38,475 bases of DNA from an uncultured bacterium (lineage in GTDB: Bacteria; Actinomycetota; Thermoleophilia; Gaiellales; F1-60-MAGs149), in the NCBI GenBank assembly GCA_963923625.1, contig CAWUMZ010000002.1, forward strand, positions 1-38,475. Reading direction: 5' to 3'. This document shows, in pieces, positions 1 through 7,189 of this stretch. Both the position numbers and the translations under genes were made by a program. Position 1 is the first letter of the stretch. Every line of letters begins with the position of its first letter. The notes beneath the pieces were generated by a model. The model did not search any database. It was not told the origin of the DNA and was given only the letters and a program-made list of their open reading frames with translations.

Positions 1-664
1 CGGAGACGTCCATCATCGCGTGCACATGCGGAGCGAGCAGCGCGCCGTCGACGAGCCGCGGGTGCGGGCGGCGGTGGCGCTCGATGCACTCGTCGGCACC
101 CGGCAGATCCTGCAGCGACGGATCGAGCAGCGCGGCGAGACCCGCCGCCGACTCGCCGAGCGTGCCGGTCACCGCGATCACGTCGCCGGGCCGCGCCCCA
201 TCACGGCCTGGCGGATCGATCGGCGCTCGGCCCAGCACGCTGATCGACAGCGCGAGGCCCGAGCCGCGAGCCACATCGCCGCCGACGATCGGGCAGTCGT
301 AGAGGCGCGAGCACACCTCGAGTCCGGTGTAGATCGGCTCGAGCGATGCCGCGTCGCCATCGCCGATCACGATCGAGACCAACGCTGCGATCGGCATGGC
401 GCCCATCGCGGCGATGTCCGAGAGGTTGACGGCCAGCGCCTTCCAGCCGACATCGGCCGGGCTCGAGAGGTCGCGGCGGAAGTGCACGCCGTCGACCTGG
501 GCATCGACCGTCCAGACGAGATCGGGCGCGAGCACCGCGGCGTCATCGCCCATGCCGCGCGGGATGCCGGGCGTCTCGCGGCCGACGATCGCGGCGAGCC
601 CGGCCATCAGCGCGTCCTCATCGACGTGCGCCGTGCCCTCGCCCCATCCCGGCTGATCCGCCAC
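1..664 (-). CDS. thiL: thiamine-monophosphate kinase ThiL, N-terminal part (runs off the left edge)
   Basis: Absent from the ORF track because it has no stop in the window. Manual reverse translation from GTG 664 (alternative ATG 607) gives GMGDDAAVLAPDLVWTVDAQVDGVHFRRDLSSPADVGWKALAVNLSDIAAMGAMP...GGDVARG...RPGDVIAVTGTLGESAAGL...RHRRPHPR, which matches the ThiL/AIR-synthase-like signature. The opposite + ORF 20..823 is R/D/H-rich antisense noise. Confidence 0.8.
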   Translation of the reverse strand, partial: MADQPGWGEGTAHVDEDALMAGLAAIVGRETPGIPRGMGDDAAVLAPDLVWTVDAQVDGVHFRRDLSSPADVGWKALAVNLSDIAAMGAMPIAALVSIVIGDGDAASLEPIYTGLEVCSRLYDCPIVGGDVARGSGLALSISVLGRAPIDPPGRDGARPGDVIAVTGTLGESAAGLAALLDPSLQDLPGADECIERHRRPHPRLVDGALLAPHVHAMMDVS

Positions 665-722
665 CTGCTCCTCGGTCCTCTCGTCGGCCTGACCGGGATC
701 GTACCCCGGCCGCGGCGCCGGG

Positions 723-1310
723 TCAGTCTGCGCGGTCGGGCTGCCACGATGCGCGCCACGCATCGTCGTCCGTGCGGAACACGCAGTCGGCGCGCTCCCG
801 CGTGCCCTCCCGTGCGAAGGTGACGCGCTCCTGCGCGGCCCAGCGATCCCAGTGGTCGACATACAGCTCGCCGTCGCGCGCGATGGCGCGCGCATACCGC
901 TCGTCGGCATCGGCTTCGAGCCACAGCAGGAGGCTGGTGAACTCCGCCGCCGCCATCGAGCCCGTCCCGACGCCCTCGACGATCGTCAGAGGCATGACAG
1001 CGATCGACTCCCGGTCGAGCTCGCGCATCGCGTACCAGTCCCAGCGCCGCACGGTCGGCTGCTCACCGCGCGCCAGCGGTGCGAGCACGTCGGCGACGAG
1101 CCGCGCGGCTCCCTCATCGAGGCCGTCCCACCCCGGATAGAGATCCTCCAGCCGCAGCAGGCCCGCGCCGCTGGCCGCCGCGAGACGCGTGGCGAACGTC
1201 GACTTGCCGCTGCCGGACGGGCCGTCGATCGCGACGATCGTCGTCGCCCCGGCGCGCGGCTCCAGCGCTTGGATCTCCTGCGCGAGCGCTGCGAGCTGCG
1301 TGGCGTCCAT
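723..1310 (-). CDS. P-loop nucleoside/nucleotide kinase family protein (uridine-kinase/PRK-like), substrate unknown
   Basis: 195 aa starting MDATQLAAL, the real C-terminal part of track ORF 723..2531. Walker A is IVAIDGPSGSGKSTF. Its ATG overlaps the stop of the upstream binding-protein gene (TGATG at 1308-1312). It lies between the ThiY-like gene and thiL. Confidence 0.7.
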   Translation of the reverse strand: MDATQLAALAQEIQALEPRAGATTIVAIDGPSGSGKSTFATRLAAASGAGLLRLEDLYPGWDGLDEGAARLVADVLAPLARGEQPTVRRWDWYAMRELDRESIAVMPLTIVEGVGTGSMAAAEFTSLLLWLEADADERYARAIARDGELYVDHWDRWAAQERVTFAREGTRERADCVFRTDDDAWRASWQPDRAD

Positions 1311-2389
1311 CAGCCCTTCGGCAGATAGTCGTTCGTCCAGGCCTGCGACCAGTCCGGCTTGGTCGTCAGCGCCTTGCCGTCGGCATCGGTCAGCAGCTTG
1401 TTGTCGTACAGGTAGTCGTAGAACGTCGCGACCCGCGCGCCGTCGATCGCGCCGAAGGCATCGGCCTCGTCGCTGTAGTACCCATCCTTCGCCAGCAGCT
1501 CGGCGCTGCGCTTGACGATCTCCGGGTTCTTCAGCGTCTGCGGATTGGCCTTGACGAGCAGCGCCGCCGCCTCGTCCGGGTGCTTCGCCGCGTACGCGTA
1601 ACCCCGCTGCGTCGCGGCCAGGAAGCGCCGCGCGACATCGGGGTTCGCCGTCAGCCACGCGTTGCTCGAGATGATCGTCGTCGAGTAGTTGCTCGGATAG
1701 CCGTAGTCGGCGGGATCGAAGTACTTCATCGGCTTGCCGAGCACCTCGGCCTCCACGCCCTCCCAGCTCGACGCCGAGATCGTGAAGTCGGCCCGGCCGC
1801 CGTAGACGGCCTGGTACGCGGCCGAGTCGAGGACCACCTTCTTGAAGTCGCCCGTGCCGCCGTCGGCCTTGATCACGGATGCCACCTCGGACTCCTCGCT
1901 CGGCGTGCCGAATCCGGCGTACGTCTTGCCGTCGAGGTCCTTCGGGCGCGTGATGCTCGGGTCGTCGGCGCGGTACGCGAGCAGGTACTGCTGCTTGCCG
2001 ATGCCGGCGAAGACCTGCACCACGTCGAGCCCGGCTGCGCGGGCGAAGGCGATGCCGTTCGAGTACGAGAACCCGAAGTCGGCGTCGCCGTTGGCGACGA
2101 GCGTCTCCGGCGCGGTCGTCGCGTACGGCAGGAGCTTCACCGTCAGCCCCTCGTCCGCGTAGTAGCCGAGCTCCTGCGCCACGTACACGCCGATGTGGTT
2201 CGTGTTCGGCGTCCAGTCGAGCGCGACCGAGACCTCGGCCGGCGCGACGGCGTCCGTCGACGCGGCCCCGGTCGCGGACTGCGAACTCGAGGCAGCACCT
2301 CCACCGCAGGCGGCGGCTACCAGCGCGACGACGCCGACGATCGCACCCAGGGCGAGAGGTCGGAGGCGAGCGGCGGGCGAGGTGGTCAT
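1310..2389 (-). CDS. ABC transporter substrate-binding lipoprotein, NMT1/THI5-like (ThiY-like, candidate HMP/thiamine-precursor binding)
   Basis: ORF 1310..2458 trimmed to ATG 2389 (MTTSPAARLRPLALGAIVGVVALVAAACGG, signal peptide plus lipobox). The body has NMT1/THI5-like character (VALDWTPNTNHIGVYVAQELGYYADEGL). AAGGA lies 9 nt upstream of the start. Confidence 0.75.
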   Translation of the reverse strand: MTTSPAARLRPLALGAIVGVVALVAAACGGGAASSSQSATGAASTDAVAPAEVSVALDWTPNTNHIGVYVAQELGYYADEGLTVKLLPYATTAPETLVANGDADFGFSYSNGIAFARAAGLDVVQVFAGIGKQQYLLAYRADDPSITRPKDLDGKTYAGFGTPSEESEVASVIKADGGTGDFKKVVLDSAAYQAVYGGRADFTISASSWEGVEAEVLGKPMKYFDPADYGYPSNYSTTIISSNAWLTANPDVARRFLAATQRGYAYAAKHPDEAAALLVKANPQTLKNPEIVKRSAELLAKDGYYSDEADAFGAIDGARVATFYDYLYDNKLLTDADGKALTTKPDWSQAWTNDYLPKG

Positions 2390-2447
2390 CAGGCGGGTCC
2401 TTGTGCGCGAAGGTCGGATACCAGCGGAGGGACGATACCGTTCCTCC

Positions 2448-3218
2448 ATGCGCCGCACCGCCCGCCTCGTGGTCCCACCGCTCGTCGTCGTGGTGCTCCT
2501 CGGCCTGATCTGGCAGCTCTACGCCGTGCACGGCTCGCTCGGCAACGACGTGCTGCCGTCCCCCTCGCGCGTGCTCAGCGCCGGCTGGGACGATCGCGCC
2601 TCGCTATGGGACAACACGCTGCCCACGCTGCGCGAGGTGGTGATCGGCTTCGCGATCTCGATCGTCTTCGCGTTCGCGCTCTCGATCCTGCTCGACGCAT
2701 CGGGCATCGCGCGGCGCTCGGTCATGCCCGTGCTGATCGGCAGCCAGACGATCCCGCTCGTCGTGCTCGCGCCGCTCGTCGTCATCTGGTTCGGCTTCGG
2801 CCTGACGCCGAAGATCCTGCTGGTCGCGCTGGTGACGTTCTTCCCGATCGTCGTCGGCCTCCTCGACGGCTACGCCTCGAGCGAACGCGACGCGGTGACG
2901 CTGCTGCGCACGATGGGCGCGAGCTGGCTCACGGTGTTCCGCGTCGTGCGCCTGCCCTCCGCGCTGCCGGGCTTCTTCACCGGCCTGCGCATCGCGATCA
3001 CCTACGCCGTCGTCGCCGCGATCTTCGCCGAGTACGCGGGCGCCGAGGCGGGCCTCGGCGTCTACATCCAGGGGGCGGGCAACTCGTTCCGCACCGATCT
3101 CGTACTCGCCGCCGTGCTCGTATCGGCGGTGCTCACGCTCGTGCTCTACGCGGCGACGTTCGTCGTGCAGCGTCTGGCGATCCCCTGGTACGCCGAGGCG
3201 CGGAGGGTCGAGCGATGA
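2448..3218 (+). CDS. ABC transporter permease (NitT/TauT family, ThiX-like)
   Basis: Real part of ORF 2193..3218 from MRRTARLVVPPLVVVVLLGLIW. Multi-TM protein with the EAA-like loop DGYASSERDAVTLLRTMGAS. The start is uncertain (GTG 2403 is an in-frame alternative). It is divergent from the binding-protein gene. Confidence 0.8.
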   Translation: MRRTARLVVPPLVVVVLLGLIWQLYAVHGSLGNDVLPSPSRVLSAGWDDRASLWDNTLPTLREVVIGFAISIVFAFALSILLDASGIARRSVMPVLIGSQTIPLVVLAPLVVIWFGFGLTPKILLVALVTFFPIVVGLLDGYASSERDAVTLLRTMGASWLTVFRVVRLPSALPGFFTGLRIAITYAVVAAIFAEYAGAEAGLGVYIQGAGNSFRTDLVLAAVLVSAVLTLVLYAATFVVQRLAIPWYAEARRVER

Positions 3219-3976
3219 GCGCGCCGGCGATCGAGCTGCGCGGCCTGTCGAAGGCCTTCGGCGACCTGCCGGTTCTCGAGAACCTGTCGCTGCACGTCGA
3301 GCGCGGCGAGTTCGTCTCGATCCTCGGGCCGAGCGGCTGCGGCAAGTCGACGATCCTGTCCGTCCTCAACGGCACCGAGCCCGCGGATGGCGGCGAGGTG
3401 CTGCTCGACGGCCGGCCGCTCGAGCGCAACGCGAATCCGTTCGCGTGGATGCCGCAGAGCGACGTGCTGCTGCCCTGGCGCACCGTCGAGCAGAACGTCG
3501 CCCTCGGCGGCGAGGTGGCCGGCGGTCTCGATCGGCGCGAGGCCCGCGCGGCGGCGCGCACCCTGCTGCCGACCTTCGGTCTCGATGGCTTCGGCGACCA
3601 CCGCCCGTACCAGCTGTCGGGTGGCATGCGCCAGCGCGCGGCGCTCGCCCGCACCGTCGCGCAGGGGCGCGACATCCTGCTGCTCGACGAGCCGTTCGGT
3701 GCGCTCGACGCGCTCACCCGCACCGAGCTGCAGCTGTGGCTCGAGGGCATCTGGGAGCGCGACCGCTGGACCGTGGTGCTGATCACCCACGACGTGCGCG
3801 AGGCGGTGCTGCTGTCGGATCGCATCTACGTGCTCGGACCGCGCGCCACCGGCATCGCGCTCGAGCTCGACGTGCCGCTGCCTCGCCCGCGCACCGTGGA
3901 CGTGATCGGCGACCCCGCCGCCGCGGCGCTGGAGCGCGAGCTGCTCCACGCGCTGCACGCCGGCCGCACGGCCTGA
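3215..3976 (+). CDS. ABC transporter ATP-binding protein (ThiZ-like)
   Basis: 253 aa at the tail of artefact ORF 1079..3976. Walker A GPSGCGKST, signature LSGGMRQR, Walker B LLLDEPFGALD. ATGA overlap with the permease stop. Confidence 0.9.
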   Translation: MSAPAIELRGLSKAFGDLPVLENLSLHVERGEFVSILGPSGCGKSTILSVLNGTEPADGGEVLLDGRPLERNANPFAWMPQSDVLLPWRTVEQNVALGGEVAGGLDRREARAAARTLLPTFGLDGFGDHRPYQLSGGMRQRAALARTVAQGRDILLLDEPFGALDALTRTELQLWLEGIWERDRWTVVLITHDVREAVLLSDRIYVLGPRATGIALELDVPLPRPRTVDVIGDPAAAALERELLHALHAGRTA

Positions 3977-4020
3977 CCCCGCCTGCTTGGTACCCTGCTG
4001 CGACCCGCAGGGACCCCGTG

Positions 4021-4866
4021 ATGAGCAGCCTCCAGCCCACCTCCGTCGTCTATCCCGGCTCGGCCGGCTCGTACACGTCCGAGGCCGCGGATCGGCTCTA
4101 TCCAGCCATCGAGGCGACGTCAGCGGGCTCGTTCGCCGACGTCTACGCCGCCGTGGGCGACGGCACCGCGGAGATCGGCGTCCTGCCGATCGAGAACACC
4201 CTCGCCGGCATCGTGGCCGACACCTGCGACCTGATCGCCGACGGCTCGCTGCCGATCGTGGACGAGACGATCATCCACATCCCGCACTGCCTCGCCGGCG
4301 TGCCGGGCGCGACGACGGCCGGCATCACCACGATCCACTCGCATCCCGTTGCCCTCGCCCAGTGCCGCACGTTTCTCGACGACCGCTTCGAGCAGCGCGC
4401 CGCCGGCACGACCGCCGACGCCGCGCGGATCGTCGCCGAGCTCGGCGATCCGACGTGCGCGGCGATCGCCTCGCCCGCGGCCGCGCATCGCTACGGCCTC
4501 GAGGTGCTCGAGCTCGACATCTCGGACCACCCGGAGAACATGACGCGCTTCATCGCCATCGCGCGCGAGCCGCTGCCGTTCGCCGAGGGCGTGTCGTGGA
4601 AGACCGCGCTGCGGGTCGTCACCGGCCACCAGCCCGGCGCACTGCATGACGCGATCGAGCCGCTGCGGTACCACGGCGTCAACATGCTGAGCCTGCACTC
4701 GCGCCCGATTCCGGGCGAGCCGTGGCGCTACCAGTTCCTGATTGACATCGAGGGTCACCGCGACGATCCGCGCATCGAGCGCGCGCTCGCCGACGTCGCC
4801 AGCCGCTCGGCGCTGCTCGTCGTGCTCGGCTCGTTCCCCGCCGCTTCGCATCCCGACGCGCCATGA
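4021..4866 (+). CDS. pheA: prephenate dehydratase
   Basis: 281 aa from MSSLQPTSVVYPGSAGSYT. PDT domain with TRF (NMTRFIAI) followed by an ACT domain with the SRP...W.Y.F.ID.EGH motif (LHSRPIPGEPWRYQFLIDIEGH). Confidence 0.9.
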   Translation: MSSLQPTSVVYPGSAGSYTSEAADRLYPAIEATSAGSFADVYAAVGDGTAEIGVLPIENTLAGIVADTCDLIADGSLPIVDETIIHIPHCLAGVPGATTAGITTIHSHPVALAQCRTFLDDRFEQRAAGTTADAARIVAELGDPTCAAIASPAAAHRYGLEVLELDISDHPENMTRFIAIAREPLPFAEGVSWKTALRVVTGHQPGALHDAIEPLRYHGVNMLSLHSRPIPGEPWRYQFLIDIEGHRDDPRIERALADVASRSALLVVLGSFPAASHPDAP

Positions 4867-7118
4867 GCCCGCGGGCGTCGTGGGATGCGGCGCTCGAACT
4901 CGGCGCGCCGCCCGATGACCGCCTCGTCTTCCGCGGCGAGCAGCCCGCCTCGGCCGGCACCTCGGCACCGCTGCCCGCGGACCTGCCGCCGCAGCTGACG
5001 GCCGCGCTCGAGCGCAGCGGCCTCACGTCGCTCTGGGCGCACCAGGCCGAGGCGATCGCCCTCGCCCGCCGCGGCGACCACGTAGGCATCACATCCGGCA
5101 CGGCCAGCGGCAAGACGCTCGCCTACACCGTGCCGGTGCTCGAAACGCTGCTGACGGAGTCGCACGCCCGCGCGCTGTATCTCTCCCCGACCAAGGCGCT
5201 CGCACAGGACCAGGCGCGCCGCCTGCACGCGCTCGGCCTCGGGCGCGACCTGCGCGTCTCGCTCGTCGACGGCGACGGGGACACCGCCGGTCGCCGCCGC
5301 GCGCGCGTCGAGTCGAATCTCGTGCTGAGCAACCCCGACATGGTCCACGTCGGCATCTGCCCGCACCATCACCGCTGGGACGAGTGGCTGTCGGGCCTGA
5401 GCGCGATCATCATCGACGAGGCGCACGTCTACCGCGGGGTGTTCGGCAGCCATGTCGCGCACGTGATCCGCCGGCTGCGCCGCTGCGCCGCGCTGTACGG
5501 CGCCTCGCCGCAGCTGCTGCTCGCCTCGGCCACCGTCGGCAATCCCCAGCAGGCGTTCAGCGCGCTCACGGGCGTCGACGTGACGGTCGTCGACGACGAC
5601 GGCGCACCGAGCCCCGGTCGCGACGTCGCCCTGTGGAACCCGACCCTTCTGGACGAGGCGACGGGCCAGCGCGCGTCGCGCATCCACGAGACCGTCAACC
5701 TCGTCGCCCAGCTGGTCTGCGACGACCAGCGCGTCATCTGCTTCGCACCCGGCCGCCAGCTCGTCGAGCTGATCCTGCGCGGCGTGCGCGAGGAGCTGAC
5801 GCGCCGCAAGCCCGCATTCGCAGAGCGCGTCGAGCCGTACCGCGCGGGCTATCCGCCCGAGGTGCGGCGCCAGATCGAGCAGCGCCTCGCCGGCGGCGAG
5901 CTGCGCGCCGTGATCGCCACGAACGCGCTCGAGCTCGGCATCGACATCGGCGACCTCGACTGCGCCGTCGTCGTCGGGTTCCCCGGCTCGGTCGCGGCCC
6001 TGCGCCAGGAGTGGGGTCGCGCCGGCCGTCGCCAGCGCGGGCTCGGCGTGCTGGTCCTCGGCGACGACGCGCTCGACCAGTGGTTCGCCCGACATCCGCA
6101 GGCGCTGCTCGATCGCCCGGTCGAGGCGATCGCGCTCGATCCGAACAACCCCGAGATCCGTATCGCCCACCTCGCCTGCGCCGCGGCCGAGGCGGCCGTC
6201 TCACCACGCGACGAGAGCATCCTCGGCGTGCACATCACCGAGGACGCCGAGGCGATGGTGCAGCTGAACCCCGATGACTTCGCGATGACGCCGGCCGGAC
6301 TGATCTGGACCGGTCTCGACGATCCCGCGACGCGCGTGTCCTTGCGCAGTTCCGGCACGGAGGCCGTGACGATCGTCGACACGGAGACCGGCAACGTCCT
6401 CGGCGACGTCGAGCAGGATCGAGCACCGCGCAGCCTGCATCCCGGCGCCGTGCACCTCAACCTCGGCGAGCGCTACCTCGTCACGTCGCTCGATCTCAAG
6501 GAGGGCACCGCGCTTGTCGAGCCGTTCCGCGGCGACTGGTTCACCGTGCCGCGTGCCGAGTCGACCGTCGCCCTCGACGAGCCGGAAGCCGAGGAGTGGC
6601 TCGGCAACTGGCGCTGCCACCTCGGCGAGGCCGAGATCGCGACGCGCGTGACGGGCTATCAGCGCCGCCGCACCGACGACCTGTCCGTGATCGACAGCCG
6701 CACGCTCGACCTGCCCGAGCGCCGCTACCGCAGCGCCGCGCTGTGGCTCACGCGCCCGCCGACGAACGACGAGCCGACGCTCGGCGGCCTCCACGCGATC
6801 GAGCACCTGCTCGCCGCGGCCCTGCCGCTCGCCGTCCCGAGCGACGCCGGCGACATCAGCGGCCTGTCGACCGTCCTCCACCCCGACACGATGTCACCGA
6901 CGATCATCCTCCACGAGACGCGCCCGGGCGGCGCGGGCATCGTCCGCACCGCCTTCCCCGCCCTCATGCGCATCGTCGAGGCGGCCCGTTCGATCGTCGC
7001 CGACTGCCCGTGCGCGACGGGCTGCCCCGCCTGCATCCAGTCGTTCTCCTGCCCGTCGCTGAACGAGCCGCTCGACAAGGCGATGGCGCTCGTGCTGCTC
7101 GCCGAGATCGTCGCTTGA
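4863..7118 (+). CDS. DEAD/DEAH-box helicase with C-terminal DUF1998 zinc module (MrfA/YprA-like)
   Basis: 751 aa. Motif I TSGTASGKT, motif II IIDEAH, SAT, motif VI QEWGRAGRR. C-terminal Cys cluster CPCATGCPACIQSFSC is typical of DUF1998. ATGA overlap with the pheA stop. Confidence 0.85.
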   Translation: MSPRASWDAALELGAPPDDRLVFRGEQPASAGTSAPLPADLPPQLTAALERSGLTSLWAHQAEAIALARRGDHVGITSGTASGKTLAYTVPVLETLLTESHARALYLSPTKALAQDQARRLHALGLGRDLRVSLVDGDGDTAGRRRARVESNLVLSNPDMVHVGICPHHHRWDEWLSGLSAIIIDEAHVYRGVFGSHVAHVIRRLRRCAALYGASPQLLLASATVGNPQQAFSALTGVDVTVVDDDGAPSPGRDVALWNPTLLDEATGQRASRIHETVNLVAQLVCDDQRVICFAPGRQLVELILRGVREELTRRKPAFAERVEPYRAGYPPEVRRQIEQRLAGGELRAVIATNALELGIDIGDLDCAVVVGFPGSVAALRQEWGRAGRRQRGLGVLVLGDDALDQWFARHPQALLDRPVEAIALDPNNPEIRIAHLACAAAEAAVSPRDESILGVHITEDAEAMVQLNPDDFAMTPAGLIWTGLDDPATRVSLRSSGTEAVTIVDTETGNVLGDVEQDRAPRSLHPGAVHLNLGERYLVTSLDLKEGTALVEPFRGDWFTVPRAESTVALDEPEAEEWLGNWRCHLGEAEIATRVTGYQRRRTDDLSVIDSRTLDLPERRYRSAALWLTRPPTNDEPTLGGLHAIEHLLAAALPLAVPSDAGDISGLSTVLHPDTMSPTIILHETRPGGAGIVRTAFPALMRIVEAARSIVADCPCATGCPACIQSFSCPSLNEPLDKAMALVLLAEIVA

Positions 7119-7149
7119 TGAAACAAAGGGTTCTGGCCCCTCTGTTTCA
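7119..7149 (+). terminator. AT-rich hairpin directly after the helicase stop (left half of an inverted hairpin pair)
   Basis: TGAAACAAAGGG-ttctggc-CCCTCTGTTTCA, 11 of 12 stem positions pair. Starts 1 nt after TGA 7116-7118. Low GC compared with its surroundings. Confidence 0.5.
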
Positions 7150-7158
7150 ACCTAGGTG

Positions 7159-7189
7159 TGAAGCAACGGGGCCAGACCCCTTTGCTTCA
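7159..7189 (-). terminator. AT-rich hairpin overlapping the ggt-family stop codon (right half of an inverted hairpin pair)
   Basis: TGAAGCAACGGGG-ccaga-CCCCTTTGCTTCA, 12 of 13 stem positions pair. It is 26/31 identical to the reverse complement of 7119..7149. The two are separated by ACCTAGGTG. Confidence 0.5.

Noticed and set aside
20-823. 267-aa + strand ORF at the left edge.
   Set aside because: It is antisense to a convincing ThiL reading frame on the minus strand (GDDAAV, VDGVHF, NLSDIAAMGA motifs). Its composition is R/D/H-rich noise.
2504-2513. CCTGATCTGG, which resembles the conserved ACCTGATCTGG segment of the TPP riboswitch.
   Set aside because: It lies inside the permease coding frame (LGLIWQLY). 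There is no upstream CTGAGA element or pairing partner, so I treat it as coincidence.
1079-3976. 965-aa + strand ORF, and similar giants: 6596..9610 (1004 aa), 22057..24387 (776 aa), 24275..26767 (830 aa), 17977..20058 (693 aa), 33615..35411 (598 aa), 35819..37351 (510 aa).
   Set aside because: Their translations are R/A/G/D/H-rich low-complexity strings typical of out-of-frame or antisense reading of high-GC genes. Each overlaps genes with clear family signatures in another frame or strand. Only their terminal segments are real genes (for example thiZ at 3215..3976, the DUF4430 protein at 8951..9610 and fabD at 17977..18900).
4863-7118. A DUF1998 helicase as a marker of an anti-phage system (Druantia DruE-like).
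   Set aside because: At 751 aa it is far shorter than DruE. It has no neighbouring defence-type genes. It is coupled to pheA and flanked by housekeeping genes. The MrfA/YprA-type repair helicase is the simpler reading.
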